A stretch of 64,000 bases of DNA from a virus. A model generated the notes under the pieces. The model saw only the letters and a list, made by a program, of their open reading frames with translations. It had not been told where the DNA came from and searched no databases. The position numbers and the translations under genes are program-made. The stretch covers positions 1 through 64,000 of IMG/VR virus record IMGVR_UViG_3300044730_002015. The stretch is one strand, 5' to 3'. This document shows positions 54,701-62,283 of the stretch, piece by piece; the first letter of the stretch is position 1; each line of letters begins with the position of its first letter.

Positions 54701-57030
54701 GCTGAACCCGCACACTGCCCTGCAAAGAAATTGTCTGTGCCAGTGCCGCCATTGCCCGAGATGCAGCTCACGATATTGCGTGTGCCACAAACCAACATGG
54801 CACCACCGCCACCGCCCACCAATGTGCCATTCACATACAGGCCAGTGGCGTTGGCGCACAATCTCGTGGTTCCACCTGCGGAAATGACCACAGTACAGCA
54901 AAGACCTGCGCTACCTGCATAATTACCAATTATAGTGTTCTCAAATCCCGATACTACCGAACATCCAGCACCCAAGCCAATAAAGATATTGCAAGCACCA
55001 GTGGTGTTGCGTCGACCTGCATATGCTCCGATAAATTGATTGTTGCTGCCAATGGTGTTGCAATAACCGGCGCCTCTTCCAATAAAGGTGTTGCAAACAC
55101 CAGTGGTGGTGTATCGACCTGTACTGCAACCCACAAAGAAGTTGTGACAACTGGCACTGGCAACCAAGCAGCCGGCATATTTTCCAATGAATGTATTGTA
55201 TTGGCCTGCGGTGCCGTTGCTGCCACCACCATAGATAACTGTTCCAGAGGAATTGAAAGGCGAGGATAACTGTGATCCATTCACATATAATCCAGTGTCG
55301 TTGATGCACAACCTTGGAAAGCCGTTGGTCCTTTCGCCGATCATTACTATGTTCTGCATGCCTGCTGTGCCAACTAAGCAACTGGCAGCAGACCCAATTA
55401 TGACATTACATACACCTGTTGTTACAGCACAGCCAGCATTGCAACCAATGAATATATTTTTAGCACCAGTGCTGTTACAACAACCTGCATTGGCACCAAC
55501 GAAGATGTTGTTGGTTCCAATCGTGGTCGCAAATCCAGCATAACGACCAATGGCGATGTTACAACTGCCAGAGGTATTTGCGCGGCCAGCACTGACTCCA
55601 ACAAAAAAGTTGTGGCAGCCAAAGGTATTGAAGATGCCAGCAGCACGACCAATCATGGTGTTGTATGTGCCACTGGTGGTGGACTGACCTGCATAGGCTC
55701 CAGCGAAGAAATTGTTGGTACCAGTGGTAATAAAAGAAGCAGCATAACTACCAATAGCTATGTTATGGACACCGGTGGTAATGCAACGTCCACTGTTTTG
55801 ACCTATTAAGACATTGTTTGAGCCAATGGTGTTGCAGCAGCCGGCATTGCGACCAATAAACGTATTAAAGGTGCCGGTGGTGGTGTTGCGACCAGCACAT
55901 GCACCGGCAAAAAAGTTATCTGTGCCAGCTGTGCCCAGTCTGCCGGCATCTTTGCCGATATAGATGTTATTTGTACCAGTGAGATTACAAAAGCCAGCAT
56001 ATTGTCCAAGAAATACGTTGCATGATCCAAAGGTGTTTCTGGCACCAGTACACTCTCCAATGAATACGTTTCTTTGTCCGCTAGCATTGCCAAAGCCTGA
56101 ATCTTTGCCAATAAAGACATTGTAACTGCCAGTGATATTGCAACGTCCAGCCTGGCGACCAATGTAAACGTTGTATTGGCCAATGGTATTCTGGCAACCA
56201 GCTAGTGGTCCAATGAATACATTCTCTTTGCCGGTGGTAGTAGAAAACCCAGCGCAGCCTCCAATAAAAGTATTACAACTACCAACAGTGTTATTTCTAC
56301 CGGCATACAGTCCGATAAAAGTATTTTGACTTCCTGTGTTATTTAGACAGCCAGCGCGGAATCCAATAAATGTGTTATAGCAACCAGTGCTGATGGCACG
56401 TCCGGCGTCTCTACCAATAGATATGTTATCTTTTGCGCCAACGCAGTTCTCTGCGCCTGCCCCGGCATAGGTTCCAATACCGATATTATTGCAAAATCCT
56501 GCTGCGAATCTGCCTGCGGCATATCCAATAAAGACATTGCATGAACCGGTGGTATTGCACTGACCTGCAAAAGCACCTATCATATTGTTGTAACTACCAG
56601 TACTTAAATTAAATCCAGCAGCCCAACCCAAGGCATTGTTATTATTGCCAGTGGTGTTGCACATACCTGCGCAATGACCAGCAAAGAAATTTCTACTGCC
56701 AATGGTGTTGCATTGACCAGCATACTGTCCAATAAAGATATTGCGACTGCCAGTGGTGTTGAATCGACCAGCATATTGGCCCAGGAACGTGTTATAGCAA
56801 CCTGTTGTGGTGCGACCACCAGCCGCGCGGCCGATCATGAGATTGTGACTACCAATGGTCAAGCAAGCACCAGCGTTGGGACTGATCACAGTGTTGTATG
56901 TGCCAGTGGTTAGGGCTGCACCGGCACCGTTGCCAGCAAAAAAGTTGCTGCCAGATTTATTGTAATTGGTTACATTACATAAATTTCTGCTGTCATCTAC
57001 TACTGTGGTTCCTGCGACTTTGATAGCCAT
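51736..57030 (-). CDS. 1764-aa Cys-rich repeat fibre with a C-terminal S74-type intramolecular chaperone
   Basis: dozens of 14-aa NxFxGxxAGxxNTTG repeats (YadA-head-like beta-roll); SDCRDK...YGFSAQ...LVNAVNELSTEIESLK chaperone domain. Confidence 0.85.
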   Translation of the reverse strand: MAIKVAGTTVVDDSRNLCNVTNYNKSGSNFFAGNGAGAALTTGTYNTVISPNAGACLTIGSHNLMIGRAAGGRTTTGCYNTFLGQYAGRFNTTGSRNIFIGQYAGQCNTIGSRNFFAGHCAGMCNTTGNNNNALGWAAGFNLSTGSYNNMIGAFAGQCNTTGSCNVFIGYAAGRFAAGFCNNIGIGTYAGAGAENCVGAKDNISIGRDAGRAISTGCYNTFIGFRAGCLNNTGSQNTFIGLYAGRNNTVGSCNTFIGGCAGFSTTTGKENVFIGPLAGCQNTIGQYNVYIGRQAGRCNITGSYNVFIGKDSGFGNASGQRNVFIGECTGARNTFGSCNVFLGQYAGFCNLTGTNNIYIGKDAGRLGTAGTDNFFAGACAGRNTTTGTFNTFIGRNAGCCNTIGSNNVLIGQNSGRCITTGVHNIAIGSYAASFITTGTNNFFAGAYAGQSTTSGTYNTMIGRAAGIFNTFGCHNFFVGVSAGRANTSGSCNIAIGRYAGFATTIGTNNIFVGANAGCCNSTGAKNIFIGCNAGCAVTTGVCNVIIGSAASCLVGTAGMQNIVMIGERTNGFPRLCINDTGLYVNGSQLSSPFNSSGTVIYGGGSNGTAGQYNTFIGKYAGCLVASASCHNFFVGCSTGRYTTTGVCNTFIGRGAGYCNTIGSNNQFIGAYAGRRNTTGACNIFIGLGAGCSVVSGFENTIIGNYAGSAGLCCTVVISAGGTTRLCANATGLYVNGTLVGGGGGAMLVCGTRNIVSCISGNGGTGTDNFFAGQCAGSANTTGADNVFIGACAGCKNITGANNIVFGNCAGAGNCSGNHNFFAGQCAGFTTITSHNIFVGQFAGRSNEFGTHDIFLGSCAGQCNVSGNYNLYVGRYSGCNHVRGCRNIFIGDTAGRGAANASGSYNIVIGACAGCSITSGDVNTLIGGAAGRYVSFGTRNVLIGGGAGYFLNSGSCNVMAGVDAGCSVTTGICNVIIGTGAALAGSAGLSNTVIIGDNGSGTARLCVTASGLFVNGSAVGGSSVFVACGTRNITSCISGNGGSGNNNFFAGFCAGTCNGFAGGYYGEFNFFAGACAGFRNTAGCHNVFIGRNAGCCNTTGRCNTFIGCNAGANHTTGRGNNFIGMSAGFCNTFGSFNVFLGHCAGFYNTTASGNFFVGLQAGLRNTGSYNTILGYYAGRCQTSASHNFMVGNCAGNFTTTGGYNIFMGRMAGYCNGTGTHNFVAGQCAGYNSTSGSDNTILGRSAGFCNSIGTYNFFAGRCAGYGNTTGVKNTFIGCNAGCAVTTGVCNVIIGAGTSLAGTAGLSNTVIIGDNGSGTARLCVTASGLFVNGAAAGAGPITYCAGTCNLFFCCSGMNGLCGSHNIIFGFCAGKCNQSVDLFAAGHCAAFRGQYAGGTIAIGKFAGRCYTTVNISIGQYAGGGSMAAGNYSKCNVNIGQRAGEYNTGSYTVMLGTQAGQNNQGYDNIFIGCLAGVCNTTGTGIFIGSGAGRKNSTGSYNVFLGFQAGNCNTTGNGNHFIGHMAGCANVSGTHNLFIGFQAGQCNTFGRYNSYLGFCAGKCNVSGCYNTFIGMKAGFKTTFGCNSVFIGRYAGQLNTSGGYNIFIGPNAGCNNSFGCNNILIGCNTGLTSVGLANITTECNRIIMGNNAHTCAQIQIAWTAVSDCRDKCIYGRVPHGRGFLQSIEPIEYSFKDRESGCITDPDGKRRYGFSAQNVLAAEGDSPVVVSADNPDKLQITSDYMVPILVNAVNELSTEIESLKARIAALESQ

Positions 57031-57041
57031 CTTCGTTGTCC

Positions 57042-58889
57042 TTAACTAGGCTTTGTATTTTTCAACTGATCAATCTGTTGCTGCTGTTCTTTGATGGCCT
57101 CGATCAGTATGGCTATCAAAGGCAGATAAGACACTGTCAATCCGCGTTCTTCTGAGTGTACCAACTCGGGTAACACTTGGATTAAATCTTGGGCTATGAT
57201 ACCATAGCTCTTGTTACCAGTTTCTTTCCACTTGAAACTCACGCCCTGTATGCTATTTATTTTGCTCAAGGCCGATTTGATGTTCTTGACATTTTTCTTG
57301 AAATTACGGTCTGAAGAAGTGTTGACATCCGTGGCTGTGAGTGTGCCTGAACTGGGGTTGAATGTGAGTTTGGTTGACGATATGGTGGCAGTGGTCAGCG
57401 AGCCCGAAGTGGCAGTGGCAAACACCGGATAGTAGTTGCTGTTGGTTGTGGTATCATCGGCTATGGTGGCGCCACCGCTGGAAATGCCTGTGAGCTGGCT
57501 GCCGTTGCCCAGTAGATATGAACCAGAAATGTTGCCCGAAGCGTTGATATTGCCAGTGACTGTCAAGATATTGGCAATATTAGCACCGTGGCTGAGTGCC
57601 ATGGTGTTGCTGGTACTGTTGTAGAAGAATGTGATGTTGCCACCAGAGGAGATATTGCCAATCTGTAGGCCGGCACCGTTAAGATCTGACAAAGTGGCAT
57701 TAGCATTGGCAGCAACGATGATGTCTTTGTCTGCTAAGAATATATTTGCAACATTGATTTCAGTTGTGGTACCTTCAACCCGCAGGTTACCTAGTATTAC
57801 TGCATTATGGGTAACCTGAAGATTACCAGCATTGACATTTGCAGAAACATTAAGATACTGACCGCTTACATTACCAAGAGCATTCACGTTGCCAGGATTG
57901 ACGTTGCCGGCAAGATTTATATCAGTTAATACTTGCCCTGTGAGATTGACGTCTTTGACATCCAACAGTGTGCCAACATTAAGATTATCAGTTGTTATAA
58001 GAGAAGTTACTGCAATATTACCAGCGGCGATATTACCTGTAGTAACAATATTGCTGGTCAATGAACCACTGGCCAAGTAGTTGGCTACTATTGCGTTGCT
58101 ATAACCTGCGGGTAGACCTGTTATAAATGCACCGTTGCCCAATAGATATGCAGCTGTTAGGTTACCTGTGGTACTGAAGCCACCAGCGGTAATGTTGGCG
58201 CTGGCTGTGACCGTGCCCGATCCATCCAGTTCCACTGTGGTGACTGCATCACCTCTTTTTACTCTTATCACTCCGCCCGTGCCACCCGAGAATGAATCTA
58301 AGGATGTGACATTTGCCGCGCCACCTATGATAGCTCCGCTGGTGATTAGGTTGCCACCAGTGATATTGCCCGAGGTGTCAATGTTGCCTGTAAGGGTGGT
58401 ACCTTCGGTGACCACTGTGTTGCCTGCAACTGTCAATTGTCCGTCTGCAATGCCCACCGATACGCCACCAATATAAATTGTGTTGTTGGACACATACAAA
58501 CTGCGCCATTGCAGTGTGTTAGAGCCAAGATCTGTGGTAGCATTGGATTGTGGTAAAACGTAAGCGGCAGTGATGTTGGCAGTGGTGATGATGTTGCCGG
58601 TCAATGAAACCAAATTGCCGGTATATGTGGGCAGGTATGCAGCCACATTTGAGTTGCTGTAGGTGCTGCCGCTCACAATGCCAGTCAAGAAAGCACCGTT
58701 GCCTAATATATATGTTCCCGAAATGTTACCGCTGCTGGTAATATTGCCTGTGGCAGTAATTACCCCAGTGACAGCGATGTTACCCGAATTGGCTATGCCA
58801 CTTTGGCTTAGGTCAAGCAAACTTCCCACAGGGATTTCTTGAATCTGTGAACTAGTAGTGTTAGCGATCAGTGGAAAATAATTGGCCAT
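57042..58889 (-). CDS. tail fibre with a C-terminal S74-type chaperone
   Basis: GNIT repeats; SDRNFKKN...FKWK...YGIIAQ...LIEAIKEQQ. Confidence 0.85.
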   Translation of the reverse strand: MANYFPLIANTTSSQIQEIPVGSLLDLSQSGIANSGNIAVTGVITATGNITSSGNISGTYILGNGAFLTGIVSGSTYSNSNVAAYLPTYTGNLVSLTGNIITTANITAAYVLPQSNATTDLGSNTLQWRSLYVSNNTIYIGGVSVGIADGQLTVAGNTVVTEGTTLTGNIDTSGNITGGNLITSGAIIGGAANVTSLDSFSGGTGGVIRVKRGDAVTTVELDGSGTVTASANITAGGFSTTGNLTAAYLLGNGAFITGLPAGYSNAIVANYLASGSLTSNIVTTGNIAAGNIAVTSLITTDNLNVGTLLDVKDVNLTGQVLTDINLAGNVNPGNVNALGNVSGQYLNVSANVNAGNLQVTHNAVILGNLRVEGTTTEINVANIFLADKDIIVAANANATLSDLNGAGLQIGNISSGGNITFFYNSTSNTMALSHGANIANILTVTGNINASGNISGSYLLGNGSQLTGISSGGATIADDTTTNSNYYPVFATATSGSLTTATISSTKLTFNPSSGTLTATDVNTSSDRNFKKNVKNIKSALSKINSIQGVSFKWKETGNKSYGIIAQDLIQVLPELVHSEERGLTVSYLPLIAILIEAIKEQQQQIDQLKNTKPS

Positions 58890-58908
58890 TTGTATGTCTT
58901 TTTAATAT

Positions 58909-59286
58909 TTATGCACTTATTGGTATGTTGATAGTTCCCGAACGTCCGTATACCACTAGATAACCGGATATGATGGCAAAGTTTACAAGCCCCATACTTC
59001 TTGTCAATACTTGTAGGTTGCCGCCGCTGCTGGCATTGATGCCAGTAAGTTGGCTGCCGTTACCAAATAGATAACTAGCGGTAATATTGGCGCTGGTAAT
59101 GATGTTGCCCGTGGCGCCCAGTGTGGTGAAATTGCCAGCAGCCGGGGTGGCATTGCCGATAATAATGCCATTGATAGCACCAGTAGAAGCCAATTGCCAG
59201 CCTTGGCCGTTGAAAACCCAGGTTTTGTTATTAAACGTGTAGTAGTCGTTGACACTGGGGTTCGAGGGAAAATCAATAGTGGCCAT
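58909..59286 (-). CDS. short fibre-related protein
   Basis: DFPSNPSVN...WVFNGQGW N-module and shared YLFGNGSQLTGI unit. Confidence 0.7.
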   Translation of the reverse strand: MATIDFPSNPSVNDYYTFNNKTWVFNGQGWQLASTGAINGIIIGNATPAAGNFTTLGATGNIITSANITASYLFGNGSQLTGINASSGGNLQVLTRSMGLVNFAIISGYLVVYGRSGTINIPISA

Positions 59287-59371
59287 ATAATTTGTTCAGG
59301 AATATCCTATGTTATATTTATTATCACAACACCAAAGGTATCTCGCGTGATTATGCTGAGATCCATTGCGT

Positions 59372-60277
59372 TCAAGCAGAACTAACCTGGAAAGTGCCCG
59401 ATGAGGTAAAAGTATGCACTGTGTTGCCGCCCACTGTGGATACGGTACCACCGGTGGCCTTTTGCGAGCCAACATAACTGAAGATCACTATGCCCGGACC
59501 ACCTGTTCCCGCTGCTGCAGGAGAGCCACCCAAGCCACCACCACCTCCGCCCCCGGTGTTGACATTGCCCGGAGTTGACGCAAATGCAGGTGCCAATCCA
59601 CCAGCGCATCCGCCTTTGCCACCACCGCCTAGTCCGCCTGATGAAAATGAAAAAAGTTGTGTAGGAAGTTGGGTAGCGGCACCTCCGCCACCACCACCTC
59701 CGTAGTAAGTTGATGTGCCGGTGATACTGCTGGTAGATCCAGCACCACCTGGGCCACCCAGACGGGCGCCGGTGGTAGCGGGCGATGCTGTACCAGCCGA
59801 ACCCGCTGCGCCGATGGGTCCTCCTCCTCCGCCTCCGCCGCCAGCTCCATCAGTGTTGGGCAAAAATCGTTGTCCAGCACCGCCGGGGCCACCAAACGTG
59901 CCAGTACCAACGGTAGCATCTGCGTTGTAACCGCCTTGCCCGCCGCCACCTGCTCCCGGTGTGGCCGCTGTAGCTCCAGCAAATGAACTGGCACCACCGC
60001 CACCACCGCCCAAAGAACTCACTGTGACACCGCTACCTGTGATATCAGTGTTGGCTCCGCGTGTGCTGGCGCCGCCACCTCCGCCAACTGTGACCACATA
60101 AGGTCCCGTGGACACAGTGGTCACACCTTCTAGCACACGGCCTCCGCCACCTCCGCCACCTTGGTCATCGCCGCCACCGCCACCTGCACCTACCGCGAGA
60201 TATCGTACAGTAAAACTCTGTGGAAAGTACTGGTTGTAAAGCGTGGTATTACTAATGGTTATGCCAGTGAATAACAT
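59372..60277 (-). CDS. glycine-rich virion protein
   Basis: YLAVGAGGGGG...GGPGIVIFSY...HTFTSSGTF. Confidence 0.75.
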   Translation of the reverse strand: MLFTGITISNTTLYNQYFPQSFTVRYLAVGAGGGGGDDQGGGGGGGRVLEGVTTVSTGPYVVTVGGGGGASTRGANTDITGSGVTVSSLGGGGGGASSFAGATAATPGAGGGGQGGYNADATVGTGTFGGPGGAGQRFLPNTDGAGGGGGGGGPIGAAGSAGTASPATTGARLGGPGGAGSTSSITGTSTYYGGGGGGGAATQLPTQLFSFSSGGLGGGGKGGCAGGLAPAFASTPGNVNTGGGGGGGLGGSPAAAGTGGPGIVIFSYVGSQKATGGTVSTVGGNTVHTFTSSGTFQVSSA

Positions 60278-60284
60278 AATTTTC

Positions 60285-61157
60285 CTATACGGTAGAGGTC
60301 AGTGTAAATGTACCAGGTGCTGTGAATGTATGATATGTATAGCCACCTGAACTGGTAATGACACCACCTGTACCCTTGGTTCCGCCCTCGTATCTAACTA
60401 TGACTGTGCCGGGTCCTCCTGTGCCACCTGCATTGGGTGAAGTGCCTGTTCCGCCAGCACCACCTCCACCACCGCCACGACCGGGTGTGGCTGCAACCAC
60501 ACCACCACCGCTGCTGCCCCCGGTACCGGCACCTGATGTGGGTGTACCTCCCCCGATGCCACCTGAACCCGCGGAAGATCCTCCCCCACCGCCAGCACCA
60601 TAGATCACACCATCTACCCAGGTATAGCCTGCGCCACCGTCGCCGCCAGGGCCTGTGCCGCTGCCGCCCACACCTGGAGATCCTGCACCACCAGCACCAC
60701 CGCCACCGCCACCGCCGTTACGAGCACTGACTGCTCCGGGATTGCCCTGTGGGGGACTTGTGGGTGGTGTGTTGCCTGAGCCGGCTGTTTGACTGGCATA
60801 AGCACTACCAGCACCGGCACCACCGCCCGATGCTCCCGATGTGCCTGAACTGTTTTGGCTGCCACCACCGCCACCACCGGCTGCCGTCAATCCAAAACCT
60901 GTGCTGCTGTCACCAGAGCCTCCAGAGGATGGAGAGGTTGTCCGGCCAGCACCGCCGGTGCCCACAGTGACAGGATATGCAGCCGGAGCCGAAGATACCT
61001 GAGTTGATCCGGTTAGCACACCACCACCGCCACCACCGCCGGCAGCATCAAATCCACCGCCTCCACCAGCACCAACCACTATGTATTCTAATAACACATT
61101 GGGTACAAAGGTATTAATCATTGTGGCATTTTGTACAGTGGTTTCTGAAATTATCAT
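60285..61157 (-). CDS. glycine-rich virion protein
   Basis: EYIVVGAGGGGG...GGPGTVIVRY...GGYTYHTFT; probable start MIISE. Confidence 0.75.
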   Translation of the reverse strand: MIISETTVQNATMINTFVPNVLLEYIVVGAGGGGGFDAAGGGGGGGVLTGSTQVSSAPAAYPVTVGTGGAGRTTSPSSGGSGDSSTGFGLTAAGGGGGGSQNSSGTSGASGGGAGAGSAYASQTAGSGNTPPTSPPQGNPGAVSARNGGGGGGGAGGAGSPGVGGSGTGPGGDGGAGYTWVDGVIYGAGGGGGSSAGSGGIGGGTPTSGAGTGGSSGGGVVAATPGRGGGGGGAGGTGTSPNAGGTGGPGTVIVRYEGGTKGTGGVITSSGGYTYHTFTAPGTFTLTSTV

Positions 61158-61170
61158 GTTGGGTCCTTGA

Positions 61171-62265
61171 TTATGCGGGTATGGTCCAGGTAGTGGGTGC
61201 AGTGATAGTGTAAACCACACGTCCGCTGGGATTAGTTACGATAGTTACAGCAGGAGCAGGATTGAATGTTCCAACGGCTGGTCGTCCTACGGTAATAGTA
61301 GACATCACAACCACGCCTGGTCCACCTGCACCGCCTGCTGGTGTTGGAATCGTACTAGGAGGAAGGCCGGTATTGCCACCGCCGCCGCCACCGCCACCAC
61401 GATTGGTTGATCCAGCTGTGCCACCTGCACTGCCAGCGCCGCCGGCACCACCACCATCAAGGCCTGCTCCCCCGCTGCCACCATTGAATCCACCACCACC
61501 ACCACCACCGCCACCATAACCAATATCAGCGCCTGGAGCAGAAAATGTTCCGGGTAAAGTCCTACCTCCAGCGGCTGCGCCACCTGGTGCCCCCACTACC
61601 GAGGGCCAGGTCGGCGCCGGAACCGATGCAGGGGAGGGGCCGCCTGAGCCAGCAGTACCACTAACTGGGATTGGGCCACCGCCGCCCCCGCCACCACCTG
61701 CGTTGGAAATCTGCCGACTTGTGGGACCTCTGGTGGGCAATAATGGTGCAGGAGAAGACGGAGCTGTCGAGAAACTGCCACCAGTACCACCGCCTTGAGT
61801 GCCACCAGCACCACTGCCAGCACTGCCACCACCACCACCGCCACGTGCGTCGCCGGCCGGGGTAGGGAAAGGCCCTGATCCGGGAAGTCCTGCTACGCCT
61901 GCTGATGCACTGCCACCACCGGGACGTCCACCGCCACCACCACCTCCGCCGGCAGTGACACTTCCAATGCTAATAATAGGTCCTGGCGAAGTTATGGTTG
62001 TATTTTGACCTGGATTGCCACTGGTGGTTCCGGGCCCAGGTGGAGCTGCGCCTCCGGCACCAATGGTGAATATCACAGTGCCAGGTCCGCTGATGCTCCA
62101 AGCATTGTAATTACAACCACCGCCACCACCGCCACCGGCACCACGACGCCCACCGGAACCACCACCGGCTACTGCCATGACATTTAGACTCAAGGGAAAA
62201 TTTGGTACCCCGGCCGCTGTTGCTTGCCGCCCGGTTGATGCAACTGCTTGTAGTATTCCTGTCAT
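61171..62265 (-). CDS. glycine/proline-rich virion protein
   Basis: MAVAGGGSGG...GGPGVVV...WTIP; paralogue of 45085..46332. Confidence 0.75.
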   Translation of the reverse strand: MTGILQAVASTGRQATAAGVPNFPLSLNVMAVAGGGSGGRRGAGGGGGGGCNYNAWSISGPGTVIFTIGAGGAAPPGPGTTSGNPGQNTTITSPGPIISIGSVTAGGGGGGGGRPGGGSASAGVAGLPGSGPFPTPAGDARGGGGGGSAGSGAGGTQGGGTGGSFSTAPSSPAPLLPTRGPTSRQISNAGGGGGGGGPIPVSGTAGSGGPSPASVPAPTWPSVVGAPGGAAAGGRTLPGTFSAPGADIGYGGGGGGGGGFNGGSGGAGLDGGGAGGAGSAGGTAGSTNRGGGGGGGGNTGLPPSTIPTPAGGAGGPGVVVMSTITVGRPAVGTFNPAPAVTIVTNPSGRVVYTITAPTTWTIPA

Positions 62266-62283
62266 GATTTTGAAAATAAAGTT

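Noticed and set aside
51736-57030. Periodic ~42-nt repeats that could suggest a CRISPR array or a DGR template/variable pair
   Set aside because: Degenerate in-frame coding repeats varying at synonymous sites; no constant repeat-spacer pattern, no adenine-specific mismatch pair noticed, no reverse transcriptase in the window
59372-62265. Poly-Pro plus-strand ORFs and CCA/CCG microsatellites
   Set aside because: Reverse complement of poly-Gly codons in the minus-strand genes
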